Position numbers and translations under genes: made by a program. Shown here in pieces: positions 39,105-48,083 of a stretch of 64,000 nucleotides of DNA. The stretch spans positions 11,229-75,228 of the forward strand of contig JAZUGV010000034.1 in NCBI GenBank assembly GCA_045641385.1. Direction: 5' to 3'. Source of the DNA: Agathobacter sp. Its GTDB lineage: Bacteria; Bacillota; Clostridia; Lachnospirales; Lachnospiraceae. The notes under the pieces are model-generated. The model saw only the letters and a list, made by a program, of their open reading frames with translations. It ran no database searches and was not told the DNA's origin. Numbering within the stretch: position 1 is the stretch's first letter; the number at the start of each line of letters is the position of its first letter.

Positions 39105-40522
39105 CCTTCTACTTCTGAAAGCAGACTCATCAAAGTAGTATGTCCCTCAATTGCTGCCTCATAGTCTTCTTTTTGCACATTCATTTTCAGACGAAGTGCT
39201 GTCGTCTTAATATCCTTAGGCGCCTCCTGTGTCAGTTTCTTTACAGTATCGCCAAACATCTCCGCTTTTTCCCAGTTTTCCATTTCAATACAAAGAACCA
39301 GCTTTGATAACTTTTTCTTAAGCTCATCCAAATTTTCTGCGGTACCAAATTTCCAGATTTCTTCCTGAATGCCAAAGTCATCTAAGGATTTCTTTTCTGT
39401 GCTAAAGTTTGGTACATAATTTAAGTTCTCTGTCATTCCCTCTGGCACCTTTAACCAGATATGGAAAGAGAACATAGAGCCTTTTCCATACTCACTTTCA
39501 AGATGAATACTTCCTTCCATCATCTCCACTAACTGCTTGGTAATATTTAGACCAAGACCTGTTCCCCCGAACTTGCGGGAAATAGAAGCATCCACCTGCG
39601 AAAAGCTTTGGAACAGTTTATCCTGATTTTCCTTTGAAATTCCAATTCCCGAATCAATCACCAGGAAAAACAGTTCGATTTTATCCTCAATCTGCGCTGT
39701 CTTTACTACCTCAAGAATAATCTTTCCTACAGAAGTAAATTTCACCGCATTGGATAACAGGTTATTTAATATTTGTACAATTCGAAGTTCATCACCAATC
39801 AGCTTCTCTGGAATATCCGGTGAAACCGTCAGTGTGAAATCGAGACCTTTTTCGTTGATTTTATTTTTATGATTTGAGACAGCATAATCAATCATATCCC
39901 TGAAAACAAATTCTCTGTCTTCCAGGGTAAATTTTCCTGCCTCAAGTTTAGAAAAGTCTAAGACATTGTTAATGATGGCATGCATATCCTGACATCCACG
40001 CTCAATCAGCTGGAGCAGTCTCTGCTTTGCAGGGTCTGTTTCCATCTCAAGGAGTTCTCTTGTGTTGCCAGAAATACCATTTACCGGGGTACGAAGTTCA
40101 TGCGTAACATTTGCCGTGAACTCAGATTTTACTTTTAGTGCATCTTCGATTTGCTTGTCAATTGCATCAACCTTACGCTTTAGTGCCACACGCTCAGTTG
40201 CATCATATGCATTGATCAGAAGGCCGCCCTCCTCCAGAGGATAAATCCTCGTCAATGCTGGAAAACAGGTGCGATTTTTTCTGTATGCGTCCGAACGGAT
40301 ATCACTTCCATTCATTGGCTCGTTGCAAATTAATTTTCCATCCTCAAAAGAAAAAACCGTAGGATAAATATCTACAATTGAAAATTCATTGATGGATTCA
40401 CCATATTCAAGCGTGCTTTTCGCAGTCTGATTCGCATAAAAAATATGTCCTGATGGTTCTGCCACCAGAATTAATTCTTGAGTATGATCCATTGAAAAAC
40501 GAAGAATGCTATCAATATTCAT
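39098..40522 (-). CDS. Soluble PAS-domain histidine kinase with a C-terminal Hpt-like helical domain
   Basis: PAS-like N-terminus, VTHELRTP, NAVKFT, DSGIGI, GGTGLGL. Start trimmed to ATG 40522. Confidence 0.88.
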   Translation of the reverse strand: MNIDSILRFSMDHTQELILVAEPSGHIFYANQTAKSTLEYGESINEFSIVDIYPTVFSFEDGKLICNEPMNGSDIRSDAYRKNRTCFPALTRIYPLEEGGLLINAYDATERVALKRKVDAIDKQIEDALKVKSEFTANVTHELRTPVNGISGNTRELLEMETDPAKQRLLQLIERGCQDMHAIINNVLDFSKLEAGKFTLEDREFVFRDMIDYAVSNHKNKINEKGLDFTLTVSPDIPEKLIGDELRIVQILNNLLSNAVKFTSVGKIILEVVKTAQIEDKIELFFLVIDSGIGISKENQDKLFQSFSQVDASISRKFGGTGLGLNITKQLVEMMEGSIHLESEYGKGSMFSFHIWLKVPEGMTENLNYVPNFSTEKKSLDDFGIQEEIWKFGTAENLDELKKKLSKLVLCIEMENWEKAEMFGDTVKKLTQEAPKDIKTTALRLKMNVQKEDYEAAIEGHTTLMSLLSEVEGW

Positions 40523-40568
40523 CTGCCACCCCCCAGAATTATAAAATACCCACAAATAATTATAGTTA

Positions 40569-40616
40569 TTTTGGACTATAAACACAAGCAATTTGTAGGA
40601 ATTTTATAGTCCAAAA
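40569..40616. terminator. 14-bp inverted repeat between ilvN and the chemosensory operon (terminator or operator)
   Basis: TTTTGGACTATAAA ... TTTATAGTCCAAAA. Confidence 0.5.
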
Positions 40617-40626
40617 ACACTATTTT

Positions 40627-41133
40627 TTATCGGCATCCAGTGCTGATAGATTCGATTGCAACTGCGCCCCCACGCACAACCGAAATCTGCTTGAATTTTG
40701 CCTTTAACAGAGCGATCAGATCGTTGTTTCTGTGTTCTGTCAGGTGACTCTCCAAAATCACACTGTCAGAAGAAATATCTACCACATCCACGTTAAACAC
40801 CTGCGCAATCTGAAAAACTTCTGTAATCTGTGCGGTATCTAACTTGTTCACCTGGGCGAACAGAATTTCCTTCATATGGAGTGCTTTGTCTGTAAGGTCA
40901 AGGACCTTAATCACCTCCACCATACGGTTTAACTGCTTTTTGATCTGTTCAAAGGTGATATCATCACTCTTTACGCAAATCGTCATTCTTGAAACAGTCT
41001 CATCCTCGGTTTCACCAACCGTTAGCGACTGCAAATTATAGCTTTTTCCGGAGAACAGTCCGGATACCTTTGCCAAAACGCCGACCTGATTTTCTACATA
41101 GAGGGCGATCCAGCGGTTCTTCATCTCTGACAT
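40627..41133 (-). CDS. ilvN: Acetolactate synthase small subunit
   Basis: ACT domain VENQVGVLAKVSGLF..NLQSLTV; follows the large subunit. Confidence 0.92.
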   Translation of the reverse strand: MSEMKNRWIALYVENQVGVLAKVSGLFSGKSYNLQSLTVGETEDETVSRMTICVKSDDITFEQIKKQLNRMVEVIKVLDLTDKALHMKEILFAQVNKLDTAQITEVFQIAQVFNVDVVDISSDSVILESHLTEHRNNDLIALLKAKFKQISVVRGGAVAIESISTGCR

Positions 41134-41143
41134 AACTGCCTCC

Positions 41144-42865
41144 TTACTTTAAAATCATCTCGCTCATTGGGTTTCCTCCCTTTACCATAGGGAGAACGAT
41201 TTCATCCGAAGAAATCACACACTCAATCAGTCGAGGAACATTCTTATGCTTCTTTGCCTCTGCAAAAGCTGCTTCAAGCTCTGCCTCAGATTCTACACGA
41301 ATACCAAAGCCACCATAGCTTTCAATCAGCTTGACAAAATCAGGCGTATACTTAGGACATTTATCGCTTGGTCCCTTACAATCTGATGGGCAGGTGGTGC
41401 GCTTCCTCAAACAGGTTGAAGAATAACGTTTTCCATAGAACAGCTGCTGCATCTGACGAACCATACCCAAATACTGGTTGTTGAGCAGGCAAATAGTCAC
41501 GTCTGCGCCCTGTACAACTGCAGTTGCAAGTTCCTGGATATTCATCTGAAGGCCGCCGTCTCCGGTAACACAGACAACTTCCTTATCTGGATTTGCAATT
41601 TTTGCTCCAATGGCAGCTGGGAGGCCAAAGCCCATGGTACCAAGTCCGCCGGAGGTTAAAAATCGCTTTGGGCCTTCCACCTCAAGGTACTGGCTTGCCC
41701 ACATCTGATGCTGACCAACATCCGTAGCATAAATGCCGTCTGGATACTGTCTGTTGATCTCCTCCATAACCATCTGAGGAGAAAGCCCTCTGTCTCTTCT
41801 CATCTCGAGAGGATTTTCCTTCTGCCATTCATCAATCTGAGATTTCCAGGCTTTTGTATTCTTCTCTTCCGCCCACTCCAAAAGTTTTTCTAAAGTAAGC
41901 TTTGCATCCGCTACCACAGGAACATCTACAACGACATTACGCGAAATGGATGCCGCATCAATATCGATATGTACGATTTGCGCATGAGGAGCAAATTCAT
42001 TCAAATCGCCTGTAATACGGTCATTAAAGCGGGTACCGATGGAAAATAATACGTCACATTCGCTGACCGCCTTGTTTGCTGCAAAGCGTCCATGCATACC
42101 ACAGTTTCCGACATAAAGCGGATGATTGGTAGGGATGGCTCCCTTTCCCATCACGGTGGTAACCACAGGGACATTCATCTTCTCTGCAAACTCGCGAAGA
42201 AGCACATTTGCATCCGAAATATGAATTCCACCGCCGGCAAGAATGATTGGCTTCTTTGCAGACTTAAGGAGCTTATAACCTTTTTTCAGCTGACCAATAT
42301 GAACACTGGTGTTTGGCTTGTAGCCACGCATATCCACTTTTTCAGGATATTCTGCTGGGCCGGAAGAGGTCTGAATATCCTTTGGAATATCAATTAATAC
42401 AGGACCTGGTTTTCCAGTTCTTGCGATTTCAAACGCCATTTTGATAATCTTTCCAAGCTCCTGACGATTGTGAACTGTCACAGAGTATTTGGTGATGGAA
42501 CGGGTCATGCCGACAATGTCGACCTCCTGAAACGCATCATTTCCAATCAGTGCCGTAGGCACCTGTCCAGTGAAGCACACCAGCGGAACGCTGTCGTAAA
42601 ATGCATCTGCAATTCCTGTAACGGTGTTGGTTGCACCAGGACCAGAGGTTACGATACATACGCCAACCTTACCTGTAGACTTTGCATAGCCTTCCGCCTC
42701 ATGCACGAGTGCCTGCTCATGACGTGGCAACACAACATTTAAGCCGTCAGTTTTATACAGCTCATCAAACACATCAATAATATTTCCGCCCGGGTAGGCG
42801 AACACAGTATCTACGCCTTCCTCTAAAAGCGCTTTTACAAATAATTTTCTTCCTGTAATATCCAT
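41144..42865 (-). CDS. ilvB: Acetolactate synthase large subunit
   Basis: RHEQ, TSGPGATN, DAFQE, DVGQHQMW, GDGGLQMN TPP motif. Confidence 0.95.
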   Translation of the reverse strand: MDITGRKLFVKALLEEGVDTVFAYPGGNIIDVFDELYKTDGLNVVLPRHEQALVHEAEGYAKSTGKVGVCIVTSGPGATNTVTGIADAFYDSVPLVCFTGQVPTALIGNDAFQEVDIVGMTRSITKYSVTVHNRQELGKIIKMAFEIARTGKPGPVLIDIPKDIQTSSGPAEYPEKVDMRGYKPNTSVHIGQLKKGYKLLKSAKKPIILAGGGIHISDANVLLREFAEKMNVPVVTTVMGKGAIPTNHPLYVGNCGMHGRFAANKAVSECDVLFSIGTRFNDRITGDLNEFAPHAQIVHIDIDAASISRNVVVDVPVVADAKLTLEKLLEWAEEKNTKAWKSQIDEWQKENPLEMRRDRGLSPQMVMEEINRQYPDGIYATDVGQHQMWASQYLEVEGPKRFLTSGGLGTMGFGLPAAIGAKIANPDKEVVCVTGDGGLQMNIQELATAVVQGADVTICLLNNQYLGMVRQMQQLFYGKRYSSTCLRKRTTCPSDCKGPSDKCPKYTPDFVKLIESYGGFGIRVESEAELEAAFAEAKKHKNVPRLIECVISSDEIVLPMVKGGNPMSEMILK

Positions 42866-42929
42866 TTTTTTCTCCTAATCTCTTATTTGTCTTTCTAAAT
42901 TAGGCATTCATAAAATGATAGGTATCCAA

Positions 42930-43421
42930 TTATGCTTTCTTCTCATATTTGTAGAAGAAATATTCCAAATCAAAATAGGTCTGTTCTTCGCTGTCTGCGG
43001 TAATCTCCCACTCTGGCTTTTCATCCAGATTCGGGAAATAGGCATCTGCATCATACTCAAAATTAATTTTCGTAATATGAGCAACATCGCATTCGTCTAA
43101 CAGCTGTGCATAAATTTTTTCCCCACCAATCACATAAATGTCTTCGCTTGGGTATTTTTCCAATTCTGCGTGAAGCTCGTCCATACTGTGGACGACGACT
43201 GCACCGTGGCCATCATAATTTTTGTCATGAGTCATCACAATGTTGACTCGATTCTTAAGCGGGAGGCCATTTGGAAAGCTTTCAAGGGTCTTTCGACCCA
43301 TCACGACGACTTTTCCCGTGGTGGTTTCACGAAAGAACTTCATATCCGCCGGAATAGAAACCAGTAGCTTATTGTTCTTACCGATTGCCCAGTTGTTGTC
43401 TACTGCTGCGATTAAATTCAT
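42930..43421 (-). CDS. folA: Dihydrofolate reductase
   Basis: IAAV..IG, DMKFF, MGRKT, LKNR, VIGG, DAYFP. Confidence 0.95.
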   Translation of the reverse strand: MNLIAAVDNNWAIGKNNKLLVSIPADMKFFRETTTGKVVVMGRKTLESFPNGLPLKNRVNIVMTHDKNYDGHGAVVVHSMDELHAELEKYPSEDIYVIGGEKIYAQLLDECDVAHITKINFEYDADAYFPNLDEKPEWEITADSEEQTYFDLEYFFYKYEKKA

Positions 43422-43478
43422 AGTACATCTCCTTGTCTGTAGTGAATGCTACAGTTCTATTTCATTTCCGTTGCCAGA

Positions 43479-44327
43479 TTAGATGGCAATTGGAATATTC
43501 TTAATCTGCTCACCAGTAATATAATCAGTGATTGTGATATCCTTGGTTGTAAACTGGTAAAAATCCTTAATCTCAGGATTCAATTCAAATTTTGGAGCAG
43601 CAAACTGCTCTCTTGTGATTAATTCTTTGATAATTGGAACATGGCGGTCATAAATATGTGCATCTGCGATAACATGCACTAATTCGCCAGCCTCCATGTC
43701 ACACACCTGTGCAAGCATATGTACAAGAACCGCATACTGACATACGTTCCAGTTGTTGGCGGCAAGCACATCCTGCGAGCGCTGGTTTAAAATCGCATTT
43801 AAGGTAAGCTTGTCATGACCAGGCTTCTGGGTCACATTAAAGGTCATGCTGTAAGCGCATGGATACAAGTGCATCTCACTCAAATCCTGATGCACATAGA
43901 TGTTGGTCATGATTCTTCTTGAAAATGGATTATTCTTCAGGTCATAAATCACGCGATCCACCTGGTCGAACAGGCCTTCCTTGTACTGATGCTTCACACC
44001 AAGCTGATAGCCATAGGCCTTTCCAATGGAACCTGTCTCATCAGCCCATTCGTCCCATACCGTAGAATTCAAATCGTTGATATTGTTCGACTTGCGCTGC
44101 CAAATCCAAAGCATTTCCTCGGTACAGGTTTTAATTGCAGTCTTTCTCAAAGTAATTGCTGGGAATTCCTTGGAAAGATCATAGCGGTTAACCACACCAA
44201 ACTTTTTGATGGTATAGGCGCTTGTTCCGTCCTCCCAATGTGGACGAACCTTCTCTCCCTCTGTACTGGTTCCATTTTCCAAAATGTCCTTGCACATTGC
44301 GACAAAGACCTGATCTGCATAACTCAT
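43479..44327 (-). CDS. thyA: Thymidylate synthase
   Basis: VWDEW, YGYQ, SRR, LYPC, QRSQD, DAHIYDRH. Confidence 0.96.
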   Translation of the reverse strand: MSYADQVFVAMCKDILENGTSTEGEKVRPHWEDGTSAYTIKKFGVVNRYDLSKEFPAITLRKTAIKTCTEEMLWIWQRKSNNINDLNSTVWDEWADETGSIGKAYGYQLGVKHQYKEGLFDQVDRVIYDLKNNPFSRRIMTNIYVHQDLSEMHLYPCAYSMTFNVTQKPGHDKLTLNAILNQRSQDVLAANNWNVCQYAVLVHMLAQVCDMEAGELVHVIADAHIYDRHVPIIKELITREQFAAPKFELNPEIKDFYQFTTKDITITDYITGEQIKNIPIAI

Positions 44328-44456
44328 ATATTATCTCCATTTCTATTTATCTAAAAATATCTATCTTTTATGATAACCATAATCACGTTTAACAAGATAT
44401 AGTGGGTACAAGATACACTACAATACCATTTTATCCAATATAGTGTAGAAATGCAA

Positions 44457-44513
44457 AGAAAAAAGCACAAGTTTTTGTATATCCAACAGAAATACAAAAA
44501 TTGTGCTTTTTCT
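44457..44513. terminator. Long AT-rich hairpin downstream of the 59-aa gene
   Basis: AAAAAGCACAAGTTTTTGTAT ... ATACAAAAATTGTGCTTTTT. Confidence 0.55.
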
Positions 44514-44557
44514 ACATCCTATAGCAGATTTACATCTGTTTTTTCTAATTGTGCGTC

Positions 44558-44737
44558 TTACTTTACTCCTTCTGGCTTCGTGTGGAATGCACAGGCTTTG
44601 CAGATCCCCTTCCAACCAATAATTCTTTTTACCTTCTTTGGAAGTTCTCTTCCATTTTTATCCTTATAGGCCTCTAATCGAATGCAAAGACATTCTTCCT
44701 CATCAATTTTTTCTCTGTCTAAAATTGGACACTCCAT
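44558..44737 (-). CDS. 59-aa Cys-rich small protein (below the ORF-track cutoff)
   Basis: Manual translation MECPILDREKIDEEECLCIRLEAYKDKNGRELPKKVKRIIGWKGICKACAFHTKPEGVK. GAGG RBS, downstream hairpin. Confidence 0.7.
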   Translation of the reverse strand: MECPILDREKIDEEECLCIRLEAYKDKNGRELPKKVKRIIGWKGICKACAFHTKPEGVK

Positions 44738-44778
44738 AAATAACCTCTATAAAACAAATTTTTAAACATAAAAACGGA

Positions 44779-46362
44779 TTAATATTTGAACACTTCAAGC
44801 ATTGCACAGCCTGGCATTTCCCCAAGCTTAATCATCATTTGCTCATCGCCGTTTAACACACGTCCAGCCTTCCACTGACCGTCTACAAACTCACCTTCTT
44901 CATAACGCAATACGTTGACCTTGAAATTCTCATCTCCCTTTGGTCTGAAGGTAAAGGTAGACTGCATTCCTACGAGCAGGAACTTATTTTCATCGAGTTC
45001 AATCACGATTCCACCGGCAATTGGCTTTCCAGAAAACTGTGGCGCATATGCAATCTGAATATCGTAGCCACTCATCTTGCATAGACATCCATAGTCTGTC
45101 GCTGATTTTTTCACATAAGAAAACAGCTTATCTGTGCCGCGATACTTCAAAAGAAGTGGTTTTAACTGCTCAATCAGACCATAGGCCTTTCCCAGATATG
45201 CCGCACTTCCTGCGATATCGAAGGCTGATGGATCAATATTTAAAGCGATCATAACCTCCATTGGTGGCTTATCAATTGCCGAAGGATCCATATTTAATTC
45301 TTCGATTCCAAATGGTGAATAGCAGATTGCATTGTGCTTTCCAAAAGCATAGAGACAATAAGCCGCAGAAACTGCGTCCTTTCTTACCTCTGGAATGACA
45401 AGTGGATTTCCCTCGTAATGATACTCATCTAATACTGCTGGGACATAAGGTACATAGATATCTGGTGCAAGTGCGAATAAAGATGGCGCGCAGGTCTTCC
45501 AGATTGGGTGCATCTCACGAACAGCCCCTCCAGATGGATAAGAACCAGCATACCATGGATACTGCTTTAGCCAGGCATTTGCATAGCAAGGAAGATTATA
45601 TTCCTTCTTTCCACTCTTTGCGATGCGCTCTACTGCAGAAGAAAATGCATAGGCCATCATCGATTCCTCAGCGTCCTCGCCAAAAGCCTCTCTCCAGGTC
45701 ATTCCTTCCTGCAATGTTGGCAGGTTCTTGTATGCAGCATTTCCTAAAATGGTCATATTATAATTGCGGATAAAGTCTGCAGGAACAGGCGCATGAAATA
45801 CCTGATTTGCAGAATCCGAATAATCACGGTTCGTTCCAAGAAGACCGATTTCATTCTCAACCTGAATGAAAAGCACAGTAGTTTGGTCTTCATCCACAGA
45901 TTTGATAAACTGCATCAGCTTTGCAAAAGCAAATGCATCCTTTTCCACTGCTGCCTCACAAAATGGAGAAATTGTATTGATTGGCTCTCCATTAATTTTT
46001 TTTACACGATAATAAATGTTTGTCTCTTTTTTCACCCAGCCAGGAACATACATAGATTCTGAGTTCTTCCATAATCCAAACCACAGGAAGATTAACTTCA
46101 TCTCATTCTCACGCGCCTGATGAATCAAGCCTTCTACTAAAGAAAAATCAAATTCCCCCTCCTTTGGTTCGATGGATTCCCATGCAACAGGAACAATGAC
46201 AGAGTTCATATTAAGTCCCTTTAAATTTGGCCAGACATTCTTCTCCATGTATTCAAGCGAACTTGAGCTCGAATTATGGATTTCACCTGCCAGGCAAAAG
46301 AAAGGCTTTCCATCTACGTATAAAGTTTCAATTCCTTGATCCTTTCTAATTTCTGGTAACAT
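44779..46362 (-). CDS. GH35-related beta-galactosidase-like protein (DUF5597-type)
   Basis: LYVDGKPF, GEIHNSS, LWFGLWKN, IQVENEIG, APDIY, LNGDE. Confidence 0.8.
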   Translation of the reverse strand: MLPEIRKDQGIETLYVDGKPFFCLAGEIHNSSSSSLEYMEKNVWPNLKGLNMNSVIVPVAWESIEPKEGEFDFSLVEGLIHQARENEMKLIFLWFGLWKNSESMYVPGWVKKETNIYYRVKKINGEPINTISPFCEAAVEKDAFAFAKLMQFIKSVDEDQTTVLFIQVENEIGLLGTNRDYSDSANQVFHAPVPADFIRNYNMTILGNAAYKNLPTLQEGMTWREAFGEDAEESMMAYAFSSAVERIAKSGKKEYNLPCYANAWLKQYPWYAGSYPSGGAVREMHPIWKTCAPSLFALAPDIYVPYVPAVLDEYHYEGNPLVIPEVRKDAVSAAYCLYAFGKHNAICYSPFGIEELNMDPSAIDKPPMEVMIALNIDPSAFDIAGSAAYLGKAYGLIEQLKPLLLKYRGTDKLFSYVKKSATDYGCLCKMSGYDIQIAYAPQFSGKPIAGGIVIELDENKFLLVGMQSTFTFRPKGDENFKVNVLRYEEGEFVDGQWKAGRVLNGDEQMMIKLGEMPGCAMLEVFKY

Positions 46363-46563
46363 ACAACCCCTCCTAAAATAGAATATAATTCAGTATAGCA
46401 CATCTATTCCCCAAAAAGTGATGTTTCTTTTATGGCGACGTGGAAAATTGACTGCAGGCTTTACTATCTATAAAATTTCAAAAATTTTTTTAATATATAA
46501 AACCAAATCCAATCTCGATGTCTCTATCCGTTATCAGCAAAAGATTATTTGGAGGGTTTTACA

Positions 46564-47454
46564 ATGAATACAGCAAAAAAATTACTTATCATCATTCCAC
46601 TTGCAATCGCAACCGTCTATGTATTAGGGCTAAGCTTTCGAGTGTTCGCGATTGCTTCCGACCGCAGTCACTTAAGACAGGTCAATATTAATTCGACCAA
46701 CGATTATGTAATCAACACCGGTGATACTTCAGACAATACGACAGCTGCAAACGACACTCCTGGAAACAGTTCTTCTACCAATAGTAAGCGAACAGCAGCC
46801 ACTACAAAACAGACCACAAAAACCGCCGAAAGCACCTCAACGGTCTATAGCGGTAGCAATCCAGACTGGACAAATGTGCGCTACGACTGGACCAGTTCTA
46901 AGGGAACTCACAATTTATATATCAGCCTTAACCTTGACCGCAATGCCTATAACTACTATTGCAGTTACAAGAACCGTCCATCCACCCCAAGTCAGTTAAG
47001 CGTCTGTGTACAGGAAGCATATAATAAACAGCTGGTTGAAGAGCTGGTCAAATGCTTCAGACAGATTCAGTCAGACTGTGGCTACAGCGACGGCGAATTA
47101 GCTTATGAAGTAATCTACTTCGTGCAGAATTGCATCACCTATCAGAAGGATATTGATGGTACTGGCGAAAGAGAACATTATAAATTCCCAATCGAAACCA
47201 TCTTCTCTAAGCGCGGAGACTGCGAGGATGTATCGATTTTAATGTCAGCCCTGTTATCTGAACTCGGATACGGAAATGTATTCCTCACCTATACCGACCA
47301 TGTAATGGTTGGCATAAAGGGGTCTTCCTTATCAGGAACCTACTACAACTACAATGGCACAAAATATTACACTTTGGAATGCACGAGCGTTTGCCAGGTT
47401 GGTTTTGCTGGCGACTATGCTAACAAGAGCGCAAAAATTTACTACCCATACTAA
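46564..47454 (+). CDS. Membrane-anchored/secreted transglutaminase-like cysteine protease-fold protein
   Basis: N-terminal TM/signal, Thr/Ser-rich linker, FPIET..GDCED, DHVMVGI, YYTLECT. ATG 46564 after GGAGG. Confidence 0.72.
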   Translation: MNTAKKLLIIIPLAIATVYVLGLSFRVFAIASDRSHLRQVNINSTNDYVINTGDTSDNTTAANDTPGNSSSTNSKRTAATTKQTTKTAESTSTVYSGSNPDWTNVRYDWTSSKGTHNLYISLNLDRNAYNYYCSYKNRPSTPSQLSVCVQEAYNKQLVEELVKCFRQIQSDCGYSDGELAYEVIYFVQNCITYQKDIDGTGEREHYKFPIETIFSKRGDCEDVSILMSALLSELGYGNVFLTYTDHVMVGIKGSSLSGTYYNYNGTKYYTLECTSVCQVGFAGDYANKSAKIYYPY

Positions 47455-47537
47455 TTATTTCAGTTTCATTGATATACCCACCATATTGCACTTTATAAGA
47501 AATTGTTCCAATTTCCACTAAAGTGAAAAGACGAAAC

Positions 47538-47568
47538 AAAAAGGTCAGCTACACGGCTGACCTTTTTG
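47538..47568. terminator. Bidirectional terminator between convergent genes
   Basis: AAAAAGGTCAGC-TACACG-GCTGACCTTTTT. Confidence 0.85.
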
Positions 47569-47588
47569 CTTTCAAAATTCAACTAAGA

Positions 47589-47981
47589 TTAAAATGTAAT
47601 TGTCTCAGGCTCCTTGGTGAAGGAAGAAATTGTTGCAACTGCATTCTTGAAATAGTATACAACTGTATTTCCATCATCTGCCTTGTAAGCATTCTGAAGG
47701 CTTGGATATGCATCAAGCATAGACTGACGAGCCTCAATACGATCATCCTCAACCAGCTCTCCTGCAACACGAATCCACTCTCCGTTTTTGAATGCACAAA
47801 CCTCTACCTTTGGATTGGCAACAATCTGCTTTGAAACATCCTTAACCTTACCTGTCTGAATGTAAAGCTTTCCCTCAAAGATATGAGCAGTACCGAAAGG
47901 ACGGACACGAGGCTGATCCTGCTCAACGGTTGCAAGATAATATACTCCTGCCTCTTTTAAAAACTGACATACTTTTTCCAT
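47589..47981 (-). CDS. Pyridoxamine 5'-phosphate oxidase-like FMN-binding protein
   Basis: YYLATVE..QPRVRPFG, KQIVANPKVE. Confidence 0.85.
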   Translation of the reverse strand: MEKVCQFLKEAGVYYLATVEQDQPRVRPFGTAHIFEGKLYIQTGKVKDVSKQIVANPKVEVCAFKNGEWIRVAGELVEDDRIEARQSMLDAYPSLQNAYKADDGNTVVYYFKNAVATISSFTKEPETITF

Positions 47982-48083
47982 AGTGTTATACCTCCTAATA
48001 TCATATTTCCTAATATCATCTCTTGCATCACAAGAAACACCTTTATTATACCCATTTTCCTAGCTTATGAAAAGAACTATAGC

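Noticed and set aside
42866-42929. T-box or attenuator upstream of ilvB
   Set aside because: Only ~64 nt intergenic, with no T-box (UGGNACC) sequence.
44640-44665. Apparent frameshift in the small Cys-rich ORF
   Set aside because: Recounting the T-run (5 T) shows the frame is continuous.
44418-44669. ORF-track entries 44418-44615 (-) and 44451-44669 (+)
   Set aside because: No RBS or recognisable features. Both overlap the better supported 59-aa ORF and its hairpin.
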